Origin: an uncultured Methanolobus sp.
GTDB taxonomy: Archaea; Halobacteriota; Methanosarcinia; Methanosarcinales; Methanosarcinaceae
Length of the DNA: 64,000 nt
Assembly: GCA_963675495.1 (NCBI GenBank)
Contig: OY776215.1
Span: 2,432,001-2,496,000 of the forward strand
Reading direction: 5' to 3'
A program made the translations under genes and the position numbers. Under the pieces are notes generated by a model. The model saw nothing but the letters and a program-made list of their open reading frames with translations, was not told the DNA's origin and did not search any database. Positions 21,180 to 32,692 of the stretch are shown one piece after another. Position 1 is the first letter of the stretch. Each line of letters begins with the position of its first letter.

Positions 21180-22370
21180 CTAATTTTGGGGTGCGATATC
21201 GATCACTGTGACTTTGCTGGTGTTCAGGAAAGTCCATCCATCGTCAGTTGGGGCTGTTCCTCCTGCTAGCCCTCCTGCATATATACTGGACGTAGGGTCC
21301 AGCATCAACCACGAACCATACTCATCTGTAGCATAATATATTGGTACAGGTCCGTAGTATTCTCCGATTGCAGTTCCGATATCTTCTGTATTGTTTCCTA
21401 CATATACTGCTGCAAAGGCATGGGTGTCTGTCAGGTAGATCCTTGAGGTTCCGCCGATGGATTCTACCAATGATGCCAGAAGGATCGCATAGTCGTCACA
21501 ATCTCCTGCACCTATTTTCAAAGTGTCACCCGGAGTGGACCACAGATCTTTTCCTCTGGGATCGCTGATGTATTGTATGTTCTTTTTTGTATCATCGAAT
21601 AACGAGCATATCTGGTATATGTTGTATTGCCCTGGGTATTTTTTTGCAGATGCTGCAGCAATTGTCCGCACTTCCAGATCAAATGGTTCTATTTTATCAT
21701 TTATCTGAGTGAATATACTCTCGGGGTTTAATGCGTATTCTGGCTCCTGAATTATAGCTTTATCCGAAACTTCAATTACGATCTCTTCAAAGTATTGTTT
21801 CTTGTAATCATGCCAGGTGTCTGATTTCGTCTGCACAAACAAGGACATCTGTGGCTGGAGTTCAAGCTCTTCAATATTTTCGGGAACATCTATTGATATG
21901 GTTCCAATATTCTTTTCTTCCCCGGGAAGTATGGTTATGCCTGCTTCATGCGAAGCAAGCTCCTTTTCTGCTATTAAGTAAAAACCGAACTGGTATATGT
22001 AAACAGGTGTATTGCCACTGTTTTTGACATATACGCTGACAACACTCTCACTTCCTTCGTAAAATTCAGTATAGTAGTAGTAACTTGAAACCTCAAAACC
22101 AGGTAAATGGCTTGATAATTCATCTGGCGTATCTTCATAGAATGATATTGGAGTAGCTGGAATAATGGGTATTGTCAGTTCATCGGTATTTATTTGATAA
22201 TAGTCCTCTCCCTGGAACAATTTAACAGAGGATGGGTTGAAAATATCCCCTACTTTGTTAAGTGGTTCGGAAAGGCACCCTGCTGACAGGGTCATCCCAA
22301 TTAATGTTACATATAATATTGCATGCAATATCCAATTATTTTTCCCCAGTTTTTTCATGCTAAACTCCAA
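21180..22370 (-). CDS. Transglutaminase-like lipoprotein
   Basis: Lipobox LSAGC; catalytic triad motifs GDCDDYA, HAF, LDPT. Confidence 0.8.
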   Translation of the reverse strand: MEFSMKKLGKNNWILHAILYVTLIGMTLSAGCLSEPLNKVGDIFNPSSVKLFQGEDYYQINTDELTIPIIPATPISFYEDTPDELSSHLPGFEVSSYYYYTEFYEGSESVVSVYVKNSGNTPVYIYQFGFYLIAEKELASHEAGITILPGEEKNIGTISIDVPENIEELELQPQMSLFVQTKSDTWHDYKKQYFEEIVIEVSDKAIIQEPEYALNPESIFTQINDKIEPFDLEVRTIAAASAKKYPGQYNIYQICSLFDDTKKNIQYISDPRGKDLWSTPGDTLKIGAGDCDDYAILLASLVESIGGTSRIYLTDTHAFAAVYVGNNTEDIGTAIGEYYGPVPIYYATDEYGSWLMLDPTSSIYAGGLAGGTAPTDDGWTFLNTSKVTVIDIAPQN

Positions 22371-22389
22371 TGTAGCATAAGGTCCAAAC

Positions 22390-22737
22390 TCAGAGCAGCT
22401 TCAAATTTCCTGTGACCTTATCGAGTTCATCTGCCTTTGCGGGTCCTATGCCAAGTACTGTAACAGTTCCCGGTGAAATCTCAGTAAGTCCTGCGTCCTG
22501 TATAAGTGCAGTAGGAAGTCCCTGTCTTCTTGCTACTTCTTTTAGCTGGAACATGTCTTTTAATGCTGTCACTCTAAGGACCACTTTTTTTTGGCCACCT
22601 TCTTTCCACTTATCGAGGGTTGTACGGTCTGCCCATTCAGAAGCAGATACTGCTGCGTGTGCAACCTGAACAGCAAGTTTTCCTTTTGATAATTTGAGGT
22701 CATCCCTGATAACAATACATTGTTTATATTCGGTCAT
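22390..22737 (-). CDS. pth2: Peptidyl-tRNA hydrolase Pth2
   Basis: [29 protein letters not shown]. Confidence 0.95.
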   Translation of the reverse strand: MTEYKQCIVIRDDLKLSKGKLAVQVAHAAVSASEWADRTTLDKWKEGGQKKVVLRVTALKDMFQLKEVARRQGLPTALIQDAGLTEISPGTVTVLGIGPAKADELDKVTGNLKLL

Positions 22738-22759
22738 TGTTCTTCCTGATCCCAGATAT

Positions 22760-23674
22760 TTATAGCCGGTTTTCAATGGTATCTATCATATGCTCTGCTA
22801 CATTGATATTCAGAGACTTATATATGCCTGCTCCTGATGGAGTTGCATTTACTTCCAGAACAAAACACCCTTTTTCCCCTTCAATAATATCTACACCAGC
22901 AAATACTGCTCCTATGGCTTTAGCAGCACCAATGCACATTTCTTCCTGTTCCTTTGTAAGTTTACATTTCTGGGGGGTGCCGCCCTGACTCAGATTGTTC
23001 AGCCACCAGCCATCCGGTGCTTTTCTATAGATGGCACCTATGACTTTCCCGTCAACAACAAATGCACGAATATCCTGTCCGGGATTTTCTATGAACTCCT
23101 GTATATAAACCATTCCTTTTTCATTTATTGAGCCGGAAATTAGGTCATATACTGTTGTTTTTTCAGGAGTTCCATCTGGTCCTACCACTTTATTATTTTT
23201 TATGCGTTTGATATCTATCCCCTTATATCCGAACACTGGTTTAATTACAGCATCTTCCCAGGTTTCTAACCTCTTAAGGGCTGGTTCTACATCCTGTGTG
23301 ACGAAGGTCTCAGGTGTATTGATCCCGGCTTTTGATATCAGACAGCTTGCATAGAACTTATTTGCTGCATTCTGTATGGCAGCAGGAGGATTAATCATGA
23401 TGACTCCGCTTTCCTCCAGTTCACGGAGGACATCAAAGCGGAACACATGAGCATCGTTCGTTCCTGGTCCCATGTCCCTTATGATAATTGCGTCCAGCTC
23501 AGACAGGTTAATCATGTCTGCACGATGCTCAATATCTTTCCCAATGAAAGTTTCCAGCTTTCCAAGATTCGGGGAAAAAGTTTCAAATCCTTTTTTTCTG
23601 GCTTCCCGTATAAGCGCATCTGCAGTCCAGTCATTTTGATCTGTAACAACTATTCCCAGTTTTTTCATGTGCAT
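22760..23674 (-). CDS. mptN: Tetrahydromethanopterin:alpha-L-glutamate ligase (RimK family ATP-grasp)
   Basis: [36 protein letters not shown]. Confidence 0.8.
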   Translation of the reverse strand: MHMKKLGIVVTDQNDWTADALIREARKKGFETFSPNLGKLETFIGKDIEHRADMINLSELDAIIIRDMGPGTNDAHVFRFDVLRELEESGVIMINPPAAIQNAANKFYASCLISKAGINTPETFVTQDVEPALKRLETWEDAVIKPVFGYKGIDIKRIKNNKVVGPDGTPEKTTVYDLISGSINEKGMVYIQEFIENPGQDIRAFVVDGKVIGAIYRKAPDGWWLNNLSQGGTPQKCKLTKEQEEMCIGAAKAIGAVFAGVDIIEGEKGCFVLEVNATPSGAGIYKSLNINVAEHMIDTIENRL

Positions 23675-23731
23675 TCCTTAAGTATCCTGTATTATTAGAC
23701 TTATTGCCATTATTAGATTAAGACTTCTGCT

Positions 23732-24403
23732 TTACTCCTCGTTACATTTTCTGTAGATACATGCAGGAATATCAATAACATTCTTTACAGAATCGATAAT
23801 AATTCCGTCAGCTGTGGCGATGACATATGAAGGTTGGCAGTTCTTTAGGTCATAGTCTACATTTCTTGATGTTTTTGCCTCTCCTTTTATTGACAGTTCC
23901 TTCATTCTCTTTCTGATGAATGCTGCCAGCTCTCCACTGTGCTTCATCTGGCTATCCAGAAGCACATCCGTTTTCTTTACATCAGCATTTAAAAGGAAGG
24001 ACAGCATCTCTTCAACAGCCTGGAATGTAAGCTTTTCATTGCTGTGGTTATTAAAAACTCCCTGTATATCCCGCAGGAATGAATCATCTGCGATCCACAT
24101 TCTTTCCCCACCGAGCATACTTTCCAGTGTAATAAGTACATTGTACCCATCTACAAGGAGTGTTTTTCCTTTCAGTTCCTCGCAGTGTAGTTTCTTTTTT
24201 TTGCGAGCCTTTGAGGTGTGGGATGAAAAAACCGTACGTGCAAGTATATATCTATCATATTTATCGAGTCTGTAATGATCACCGGCAAACCTTATTGAAC
24301 TATTTCTTTTGTATCCTCTCTCAAGAAGATAGCGAATATCCGTTGCAGCATCATTCATCCTTTTTTGCTGGATGTCTTTTGATTCGGAGTCTTCTTCGAT
24401 CAT
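23732..24403 (-). CDS. DUF434 family protein (PIN/NYN-like)
   Basis: YLLERGY...FAGDHY, LVDGYNVLITLE, IATADGIIID. Confidence 0.8.
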   Translation of the reverse strand: MIEEDSESKDIQQKRMNDAATDIRYLLERGYKRNSSIRFAGDHYRLDKYDRYILARTVFSSHTSKARKKKKLHCEELKGKTLLVDGYNVLITLESMLGGERMWIADDSFLRDIQGVFNNHSNEKLTFQAVEEMLSFLLNADVKKTDVLLDSQMKHSGELAAFIRKRMKELSIKGEAKTSRNVDYDLKNCQPSYVIATADGIIIDSVKNVIDIPACIYRKCNEE

Positions 24404-24640
24404 TCGATATCTATCTGTAATTCTGTATTTCAGAAGAATTATATGTGTCGGAATAGTGGAGATTTAAACGTTAGTATGCGAGCATGAATTATTGGCTATG
24501 GTTCCTGTTGGCTATCATTTATTCTTGTTCTTTATATTCGGGTTCCATTTATATAGCTTAAATAATATACTGTCTGTGAACATTGATATCTGTTCGTCTG
24601 GTCAAATAGACGCTAACAGAACTTTTTACGAGTGACAGGG

Positions 24641-26287
24641 ATGAATAGAGAAAAAAAGGGAAAAGTGCTGATAGTCGATGACGAATCACTGAACGTCAAG
24701 CTGCTTGAAGCTTATCTCATGCATGAATACGATATAATTTCCGCATCTGGTGGAATTGAGGCGCTGGAAAAAGTGGAGTTACATAGTCCGGACCTTATTC
24801 TGCTTGACTTGATGATGCCTGATATCACTGGTTATGAAGTATGCAAAACATTGAAAGATTCGGAAAAGACCCGCTTTATTCCTATTATAATGGTCACAGC
24901 CCTTTCCAGTCTGGAAGATCGTATAAAAGGTATCAATGTCGGTGCAGATGACTTTTTAACAAAGCCACTTGACAGGATCGAGATTAAGACGAGGGTAGGT
25001 TCTCTTTTAAGAATCAAGAAACTTCATGATGAGCTTGTGGCTGAAAGGGATCAGGCACAGAATTATCTCGATCTTGCAGGAGTAATGCTTCTCGTTCTTG
25101 ACGAAAACGGTATTATCCAGTTAATCAACAGGAAAGGTTGTGAAATACTTGGATACGGTGAAGATGAGATTATTGGGAATGATTGGTTTGATAGCTACGT
25201 GCCTGATATTTTCAGAGAAAATGCCAGAGACGCATTTAACAAGTTAATATCTGGTGAAAGCACTGGAAACGGAGATTTCGAAATACCATTTCTCAACAAC
25301 AAACAACAAAAAAGGATAATGAGCTGGAGCAATATTGCTACAAATGGCCCAGGATCTAATGTAAATGGCTTGCTTATTTCAGGTGAGGATATTACAGAAA
25401 GACTTGAAGCTGAATCTAAAATAAGAAGGGCAAACGAATATTTAGATAATCTTTTAAAAGCATCACCAATTGCAATATTGTCTCTTGACAACAAAAAAAG
25501 GATCATTACTGCAAATAAAAATGCTGCAGATCTCCTTGGTTATTTAGTTAGTGAGCTAATTGCCAGACCTATAAGGGATTTTGCAGAAACTGTTGATCTG
25601 CTGGATTTTGCTGACAAAAAAGATTTTGAGATGATATTTTTCACAAAACATGGTGAAAAGGTCAGAATGAATGTTTCAACTTCTCTTCTTACAGATGAGG
25701 ATGGGGAACAGGGACTCATTGTTACATTACAGGACCGTTCCCGGTTAAGAGGAATATTCATCACTCCTCTTACTGAAGATGTTGAAGGGAACCCGATGAA
25801 TAATGAAGTCGAGATGGAAAGTGGTTATACATATCTTTCAGACTGTGAGGACCCTGTAAAAAGTTACAAGTTGTTCTCTGATCTTGTCAGGAGTGGAAAA
25901 CCAGGTCTTTGTATTACAAGACATAACCCGGATAAGATTCGCAACACGTATGGTATCGCAAAGACACCAATTGTCTGGCTGACAAAAAACAAGATGAATG
26001 GTCAACAATCTATCGATTCAACTGAACTTTTCAAGATATATCCTACAATAGCTGATTTTGTTAGTAAGATAGATGATGGTGTCGTTCTAATGGATGGTCT
26101 GGAGTATTTGATACTTGATAATGACTTTCTCTCTGTGGTGAAACTGATAGAGCAGACCAATGATGCTATTATGGCTTCCAGTTCAAGAATGGTTTTACAG
26201 CTTGATGCAAATGTACTGGATAAGAAGGAGTTCCACTTGCTTAAAAGGTGGATGAGATCTGCATCCGGAGATTCTATCTGTTTATAA
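24641..26287 (+). CDS. Response regulator: REC-PAS-PAS-DUF835
   Basis: IVDD..DLMMP..DFLTKP receiver; two PAS repeats; C-terminal GLCITR..WL..DGLEYL DUF835. Confidence 0.85.
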   Translation: MNREKKGKVLIVDDESLNVKLLEAYLMHEYDIISASGGIEALEKVELHSPDLILLDLMMPDITGYEVCKTLKDSEKTRFIPIIMVTALSSLEDRIKGINVGADDFLTKPLDRIEIKTRVGSLLRIKKLHDELVAERDQAQNYLDLAGVMLLVLDENGIIQLINRKGCEILGYGEDEIIGNDWFDSYVPDIFRENARDAFNKLISGESTGNGDFEIPFLNNKQQKRIMSWSNIATNGPGSNVNGLLISGEDITERLEAESKIRRANEYLDNLLKASPIAILSLDNKKRIITANKNAADLLGYLVSELIARPIRDFAETVDLLDFADKKDFEMIFFTKHGEKVRMNVSTSLLTDEDGEQGLIVTLQDRSRLRGIFITPLTEDVEGNPMNNEVEMESGYTYLSDCEDPVKSYKLFSDLVRSGKPGLCITRHNPDKIRNTYGIAKTPIVWLTKNKMNGQQSIDSTELFKIYPTIADFVSKIDDGVVLMDGLEYLILDNDFLSVVKLIEQTNDAIMASSSRMVLQLDANVLDKKEFHLLKRWMRSASGDSICL

Positions 26288-26399
26288 AGAATTGAACCAT
26301 ATTCCGGTAATTATATAGTTTTCTCCATTAAACATTTATATTATTTTAACTCTATTATTATTACTTCTTCTTTAAATGTATGAAAGAAAGAGGGGTATA

Positions 26400-27098
26400 A
26401 TGCGATTTGTGGACACTATAGATGGTTTGAATGAGGTTTTTGAGACTGATATACCCAAAAACAGTGTTGTGCTTGTAACCGGTGCAGCAGGTACTTTAAA
26501 GTCAGGTTTTACTTTCCAGGTTCTTTCTAATTATCTGGAACAGCAGGGTGAATATGGGTTATATGTGACATTTGAGCAAAGCAAAGAGAATCATCTTCAG
26601 AATATGAATAGCATGGGGATTACCCTCTCTAAAAAGCTACATATTTCAGATTTTAGTGACTACAGGGTCATTTATGATGATTTTTCAGATGACCTTTTGA
26701 CTATTCTGGAGGAGAATATACTTAAGTTCAAAAAGGAAATCGGAGAAAAATGCACATGTGTAGCTATAGATTCCCTTGGTGCGCTATACTCTCTTTTGAA
26801 TGTAGAGCCTCAGGACTTAAGAAAAAAAATGTATAAAATGCTTGAAACCCTGAGACGCGAGGAACTCACTACATTTCTCATCCTTGAAGAAGAGAAACTA
26901 TCCGGTATATTTGATCCATCAACTGGTATGGAAGGTTACCTTGCAGATGGTATAATTGAGTTGGGACTGCACCTTAAAGGTAATGTTGCAAACAGGTATC
27001 TTAGAGTAAGAAAAATGCGTTCTGCTTCTCATAGTATGGAACCCTGGATTTTGACAGTATCAGAAAATGGCCTAAAAGTCTACAAGGGTAATTTCTGA
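26400..27098 (+). CDS. KaiC/RAD55-like ATPase
   Basis: Variant Walker A GAAGTLKS, YVTFEQ, IDSL, YLADGIIEL, VRKMR. Confidence 0.85.
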   Translation: MRFVDTIDGLNEVFETDIPKNSVVLVTGAAGTLKSGFTFQVLSNYLEQQGEYGLYVTFEQSKENHLQNMNSMGITLSKKLHISDFSDYRVIYDDFSDDLLTILEENILKFKKEIGEKCTCVAIDSLGALYSLLNVEPQDLRKKMYKMLETLRREELTTFLILEEEKLSGIFDPSTGMEGYLADGIIELGLHLKGNVANRYLRVRKMRSASHSMEPWILTVSENGLKVYKGNF

Positions 27099-27160
27099 AA
27101 ATCGGATACGAATATTTTTATATATTCCATACTAAGCATATTGTTGCTATTAATAGGGGT

Positions 27161-27589
27161 GTGAAGGATATGTTCTCAGAATTCAATAATGCTTTTATGA
27201 ATCTATTGTTACAATTTCTGTCTGTTATTATACTGGCCATTGCCCTGTCCCAGGTATCGAAAGATCCTTCCGGGAAGCATTGCAACCTTGTAAGTGTTGC
27301 TGTATTGCTTCAATTTCTCTCTATAATTGCGTTCATGTTCCCTTCTATGTCAACACTTAATGAGATTGGTGTAGGCTCTTTCCTGAAGACCCAGATGTAT
27401 CTTCATCATTTTGCAGGCTTGCTGGTTATTTTTTTCTCAATATACATCAAACTTGCAGTTGATGGCAGGATAAGATCCATCGTGAATCCGTTCAATCTCA
27501 TGAAAATAACCCTTGCAATATGGGTGCTTGTTTTCATCGGTGGCATCAGTCTTTATCTTTCGCTCTGGGAAGGCATATCGTTTTTCTGA
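27161..27589 (+). CDS. Four-TM membrane protein (DUF420-like)
   Basis: Four hydrophobic helices with His residues (KHC, LHH). Confidence 0.55.
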   Translation: MKDMFSEFNNAFMNLLLQFLSVIILAIALSQVSKDPSGKHCNLVSVAVLLQFLSIIAFMFPSMSTLNEIGVGSFLKTQMYLHHFAGLLVIFFSIYIKLAVDGRIRSIVNPFNLMKITLAIWVLVFIGGISLYLSLWEGISFF

Positions 27590-28951
27590 CTAACGTCTGT
27601 CTACGATACGTTTTGGTCTTCCCTTGACACGGTAGAAGTCCAGCTCCCCGGGTTTTACGTAGTTAAAGAGAATGTTCAGACTTCCGTCAATATATGAATT
27701 TTCCAGGTTTTTCTTATAGGCAAAAAAAGACCTGAGGAAATTTTCTTTTATCAGTTCTTCATCACATTTCAGAAGATCATTGCACTCCATGCCGACTCTA
27801 AGGGTTGTTTCTCCCTCATCATCCCCACCATAAAGGAATGCCTCATATTCGCCGGTCAGGTACTCCATGTTCTCTCTCTGGAATACACCTTTTTCGACAT
27901 CGACACGATTAAAAGGGGTTCCTGATATCCAGAAAGTTTCCGCTTCCCTTTCAGGAGTCATTATCTTCATATGGGTCCTTCCACAGGCGCACTCGTCACG
28001 GTTAAGCACTACGGTCGTATCTTCAGTATCATAGTTAAGAAGTACGTTTGCACTCTTGGCTCCAACAGGTAACAACGTTGTAAGTACAACCCTGCCGCAT
28101 TCCCCGTCCTTCACAAATTTATCCATATGCGGGTCATATACATCCAGGTGAACAAGGTCCTCGGGAACATGCAAACCACTTATGTCCGTGCATTCTCCAC
28201 ACATGGTCCCTTCGGTGCTTCCGTATGTGTTGTAGACTTCACAATCCCATATTTCCGCAACGTATTTTCTTGATTCTTCCGCAAAGCTTTCTCCACCTAT
28301 AACAAGACGTTCAATGCTGGATCTTGCAGGATCCATTCCCTGTTCTTTCATTCTTTTTGCAAGATGTATCAGCTTGAAGATGCTTCCAACAATGGAAGTT
28401 GGTTTGTATGCTTCCATGATCCTGACGGGGAAAGTACATTTCCCTTCGGGGATGATGGTCATTCCAATATTTCTGGCTGCAAGTGTCATTGTGTTTGCAC
28501 CTACATTCATTCCATAGGAGGCACAAACAATAACGCGGTCGTTCGTTCCAAATCCCTGTGACTGGAAGCTTCTGGCATATTTTTCTGCATATCTTTCCCA
28601 GTCCTCCCATGTAAGGAAAAATGATTTTGGTGTTCCGCTGGTGCCGCTGGTTTCGTGTACTGTGAACACATCTTTCCAGTCCACCATCCTGAATCCGAAA
28701 TCATCTTTCACAGGTGGCTGATTTTCACGAATGGTGTTCCCGGATATGATAGGAAGTTCAAGGAGATCTTCATGTGACCTGATGTCAGAAGGTTTAACAC
28801 TGTGCTCTCTAAACCATTTCTTGTAGAACAATGAATTCTCTGATGCATATTTAACAGTGTACTTGATCCTTTCATCCACAAGGGAATCAAGTTCACTTCT
28901 ATCCATGGTTTCAATATCCGGGTTGTAGAATTTTCTGTTTGACATATTCAT
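27590..28951 (-). CDS. ftsA: Coenzyme F390 synthetase
   Basis: HETSGTSGTPK, YGSTEG, KGRPKRIVDRR; PaaK-like adenylate-forming enzyme of methanogens. Confidence 0.85.
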   Translation of the reverse strand: MNMSNRKFYNPDIETMDRSELDSLVDERIKYTVKYASENSLFYKKWFREHSVKPSDIRSHEDLLELPIISGNTIRENQPPVKDDFGFRMVDWKDVFTVHETSGTSGTPKSFFLTWEDWERYAEKYARSFQSQGFGTNDRVIVCASYGMNVGANTMTLAARNIGMTIIPEGKCTFPVRIMEAYKPTSIVGSIFKLIHLAKRMKEQGMDPARSSIERLVIGGESFAEESRKYVAEIWDCEVYNTYGSTEGTMCGECTDISGLHVPEDLVHLDVYDPHMDKFVKDGECGRVVLTTLLPVGAKSANVLLNYDTEDTTVVLNRDECACGRTHMKIMTPEREAETFWISGTPFNRVDVEKGVFQRENMEYLTGEYEAFLYGGDDEGETTLRVGMECNDLLKCDEELIKENFLRSFFAYKKNLENSYIDGSLNILFNYVKPGELDFYRVKGRPKRIVDRR

Positions 28952-28963
28952 CAGCCTTACTCT

Positions 28964-31081
28964 TTAAATGTGCGAAAGTGTTTCTATCTGCTCCTTTATC
29001 TTATCTATATCATTAGAAGGCAGTTTACAGCTGTGATTCTGGCATATATGTACTGTAGTCTTAGTATCTATCATTTCCATGTCCTTAGTGTAGACCGCAA
29101 TATCTGTTATTCTTTCACTGTTTTTTTCCGGTTTCAAAAGCAGAACCTTTCCGGGTATGAACCTGTCATTTATGAATGATATCATATTTTTGGTTTCGGC
29201 ATTTTCGAGATTGCCAACAATGACTATCTCCAGGGAATCTCTCATGGAAAAGTCCAGAGCAGACATAAATTGGGTGTATCCAATTGGAGTCGCATTTACT
29301 TTTTCCGAGAATGCCTGTATCGTTCTGTTGCCCACACTCTCAAGTTCGTGGTCTGCTGTTATCTTTGAAAGCTTCAGGATGTTTAAAGCGCATACAGAAT
29401 TTCCTGAAGGTAGAGCACCGTCATATACTTCCTTACTCCGGAATATGAGCTCTTCTGCTTCATCGGATGTATGGAAGAATCCTCCATTCTCACTGTCATT
29501 GAAATGTGCTATAAGGTAGTTGTTCAGTTTCAGTGCATGCTCCAGGTAATCGGTATCAAAGTTTGTCTGGTAGAGTTCTATAAGTCCCCATATGAAAAAT
29601 GCGTAATCTTCAAGGAAAGCATCTATTCCAGCTTCTCCATCCCGATAGCGGTGCTGCATCTTTCCATCGCTGTCTGTTATTTCCTTAAGGAAGAAATCTG
29701 CTGCATTTTCAGCAATTTTTAAGTACTCTGTATCATTGAAAGCTTGTGCAGCTTTACAGAGTGCAACAATTACAAGTCCATTCCAGTCAGTGAGTATTTT
29801 GTCATCCTTGGAAGGATGGATACGTTTTTCGCGTTCATTGAATAGTTTTTGTCTTGAATGTTCAACAGACTCTATAATGTCTTCCACATGGTCCGTTCTT
29901 TTGGAAATAATGTCCTGCATGTTCTTTGTCATGTGGGGTATATTGGTTCCAGTAAGTTCTTTTTTGTGTTCTTCAGCGAAATTGCCTTTTTTTTGAATGT
30001 TGAAAATACTTGAGAATAGAGTGGCATTTTCTTTTCCAAGCATTTCTTCAACCTGTTCTTTTGTCCAAAGGTAAAACTTGCCTTCTTCTCCTTCACTATC
30101 TGCATCCTCGGCTGAGTAGAATCCTCCTTCTGGTGAAAGCATATCTCTTTTAAGGTAGGTCACTATTTCTTTAGCGGTAGTTTTGTATTGTGGTTCTGAT
30201 GTTGCCTGATATGTTTCTGCCAGAGCGATCACCATCAATGCCTGGTCGTACAACATTTTTTCAAAATGTGGAACAAGCCATTGCCTGTCTGTTGAATATC
30301 GGTGGAATCCAAAACCTATCTGGTCGAAGATTCCTCCCTTACGCATCTCAATTAATGTTCTTTCCACCATTTCCAGTGCATTTGAATTGCCTGTTCTTTT
30401 CCAGTATCTCAGGAGGAATGTAAGGTGATGTGGTGTTGGGAATTTGGGTGCCCTTCCAAAACCTGCATGGGTATTATCAAAGTTGTCTGACAGTTGGTCG
30501 AATGCTTTTTTCAGTATATCTTCATTGATGGCAACAACCTGTTGCTTTTCCCCGGAGGCTGATACTGCAGCTGTTATGGCTTTGGCACTATTGAGAAGTT
30601 CTTCTTTTTTGTTGATCCACAGGTCTTTTATGGCAGGGATCAGTTCAAGCATTCCCGGATTCCCATATCGGCTTTCTCTGGGGATGTAGGTGGCGGCATA
30701 GAATGGCTTTTTTCCCGGTGTCATGAGGATTGTCAGTGGCCAGCCTCCACTACCAGTGAGTGCCTGACAAACTGACATGTATATATTATCAATATCCGGC
30801 CTTTCTTCACGATCCACTTTAATAGAAACGAACGATTCATTCAGGACTGCTGCAACGTCATAGTTTTCAAATGACTCCTTTTCCATAACATGGCACCAAT
30901 GGCATGTAGAATAGCCAATTGAGAGGAATATCGGTTTATTCTCTTCTCTTGCTTTCTTAAAAGCCTCCTCTCCCCATGGGAACCAATCTACAGGATTTTG
31001 GGCATGTTGCAGCAAGTAAGGGCTTTTTTCCTTAATTAACCTGTTATTTTTTTCTGAAGAATTATTTTTTTCCGTCGTCAA
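28964..31081 (-). CDS. Thioredoxin-domain (DUF255/YyaL-like) protein
   Basis: [38 protein letters not shown]. Confidence 0.9.
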   Translation of the reverse strand: MTTEKNNSSEKNNRLIKEKSPYLLQHAQNPVDWFPWGEEAFKKAREENKPIFLSIGYSTCHWCHVMEKESFENYDVAAVLNESFVSIKVDREERPDIDNIYMSVCQALTGSGGWPLTILMTPGKKPFYAATYIPRESRYGNPGMLELIPAIKDLWINKKEELLNSAKAITAAVSASGEKQQVVAINEDILKKAFDQLSDNFDNTHAGFGRAPKFPTPHHLTFLLRYWKRTGNSNALEMVERTLIEMRKGGIFDQIGFGFHRYSTDRQWLVPHFEKMLYDQALMVIALAETYQATSEPQYKTTAKEIVTYLKRDMLSPEGGFYSAEDADSEGEEGKFYLWTKEQVEEMLGKENATLFSSIFNIQKKGNFAEEHKKELTGTNIPHMTKNMQDIISKRTDHVEDIIESVEHSRQKLFNEREKRIHPSKDDKILTDWNGLVIVALCKAAQAFNDTEYLKIAENAADFFLKEITDSDGKMQHRYRDGEAGIDAFLEDYAFFIWGLIELYQTNFDTDYLEHALKLNNYLIAHFNDSENGGFFHTSDEAEELIFRSKEVYDGALPSGNSVCALNILKLSKITADHELESVGNRTIQAFSEKVNATPIGYTQFMSALDFSMRDSLEIVIVGNLENAETKNMISFINDRFIPGKVLLLKPEKNSERITDIAVYTKDMEMIDTKTTVHICQNHSCKLPSNDIDKIKEQIETLSHI

Positions 31082-31315
31082 TTTATCACTCCCCTTTTAA
31101 AATTAGGTTGTTAAGGATATATACTCTTTTAGTTTGAAATGCTCTTTTCGCGAAAAGATATTGTCAGCTATGTTTTAATTCTCCACCTACTTCCAAAAAA
31201 CTATATATAATGATAATGGTGATTTACTGGCGTGTACAAAAATTTATATAGCACTCGCTGCTTATACATTTTTAATAATAATAATAATATTGATGATTAA
31301 AAAGGTGGTACTATT

Positions 31316-32020
31316 ATGGATAGACGATTGATTTTGCCCGTTGCTATCATGTTTGCATCGGTTTTGCTTTTGAGTGGCCTGATGACTTTCCAGGCAGGTT
31401 CTGCACAGGAATCCCCTGCTCCTGGTAATTCAGGTCCGGTACTGGAAGATTCGGCGACTATTACTCAGAAAGCAGATTCTAAGCCTGCTACAGCAACATC
31501 TTCTGAACCCTCTGAGAATAAAGCCCCTGCACCAACACCTACTATGGTTTATGTCGCGAGTAAGGGTCATAGTACCGTTAGTTATTCTACATTTCCCAAT
31601 GACTCTCCACAGAAGATATCTTCAGATTCTGTGAATAATGAGTCTTCTCCCGTTAAAGCTGATTTCTATGTAGAAATAAATTGTCTGACTGCCAATTTCA
31701 CTGACATGTCAGAGAATGCAACATCATGGGAATGGGATTTTGGAGATGATACAAGCTCAACTTTGCAGGGTCCAGGGCATACTTATGCAGAAAATGGTAC
31801 TTACATAGTGAACCTGACAGTTTACAATGATGATGGCCACAGTGATTCTGTAGAAGACTTCTTGTATGTCGAGGGATGCACAGTATCTGCGGACCCTGAA
31901 GTAGAGGACGAAGAACTTAAAACTGAGTATCCTGAACAGGAAGTTCCTGAGTTCCCTACAGTTGCGATCCCGATGCTAGCAATTATTGGAATGGCATTCT
32001 TCTTTGGTAGAAAGCAATAA
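31316..32020 (+). CDS. Secreted PKD-domain protein with PEF-CTERM sorting signal
   Basis: Signal peptide; WEWDFGD PKD motif; VPEFPT-TM-RKQ C-terminus. Confidence 0.9.
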   Translation: MDRRLILPVAIMFASVLLLSGLMTFQAGSAQESPAPGNSGPVLEDSATITQKADSKPATATSSEPSENKAPAPTPTMVYVASKGHSTVSYSTFPNDSPQKISSDSVNNESSPVKADFYVEINCLTANFTDMSENATSWEWDFGDDTSSTLQGPGHTYAENGTYIVNLTVYNDDGHSDSVEDFLYVEGCTVSADPEVEDEELKTEYPEQEVPEFPTVAIPMLAIIGMAFFFGRKQ

Positions 32021-32046
32021 AATCAGAACTAAATCTGAAAAACACG

Positions 32047-32068
32047 AAAACCGCTGAAAAGCGGTTTT
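32047..32068. terminator. Hairpin between convergent genes
   Basis: AAAACCGCT-GAAA-AGCGGTTTT. Confidence 0.7.
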
Positions 32069-32553
32069 TAATACATTATTTTTGCAAATCCGCCGATTTT
32101 GCTCTTGCAGATATTTGCATGTTTTTCTTCATCTTTTATTAGTTGTTCAATATCCTGCAGGAATTCGATTTGATCATCTTCATTAAGAAGTAGCTCTTTG
32201 ATTACATCTGAATTAGTATTTTTAATGTCAGTGTACGCATTTCTTGCAAGTATTTCGTATTTCATAATTCTCTCGAACATTTCATTGCTTGCCATGCCTT
32301 CAAAGTCAAAGATATGTTTTGGAAGTCCCGGTGGACATGTTTCAGGTATGATTATATTTCCTTTAATTAACCATTTCTTAATGGTGTCTCCATGCCTGTC
32401 GGAGTCATGGGACAATACTTCAAGTGCAGCTACGCTGTCATCCATCATTTCGAGACGTGTTTCCCATGTACCCAATTGCTCCATTTCGGCTTCTATCCAA
32501 TACATTCTCTGGAGTAATTTCTCAAGGGTTGTTTTATTGTTGATCACTGGCAA
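32068..32553 (-). CDS. Ferritin-like four-helix protein
   Basis: E...DSDRH and E...DEEKH spacing typical of ferritin-like diiron folds. Confidence 0.6.
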   Translation of the reverse strand: MPVINNKTTLEKLLQRMYWIEAEMEQLGTWETRLEMMDDSVAALEVLSHDSDRHGDTIKKWLIKGNIIIPETCPPGLPKHIFDFEGMASNEMFERIMKYEILARNAYTDIKNTNSDVIKELLLNEDDQIEFLQDIEQLIKDEEKHANICKSKIGGFAKIMY

Positions 32554-32692
32554 AATGATTCCTCATATTTTATATGTGTCATTTTTATATTTATTTCTTT
32601 TGAAGATTTAACGATTAGTTTTTATACTCTGTCATGCATTAGATATTCCTTCAATATTACCTCAGTATTATCTATGTCATGGAGGATTATCT

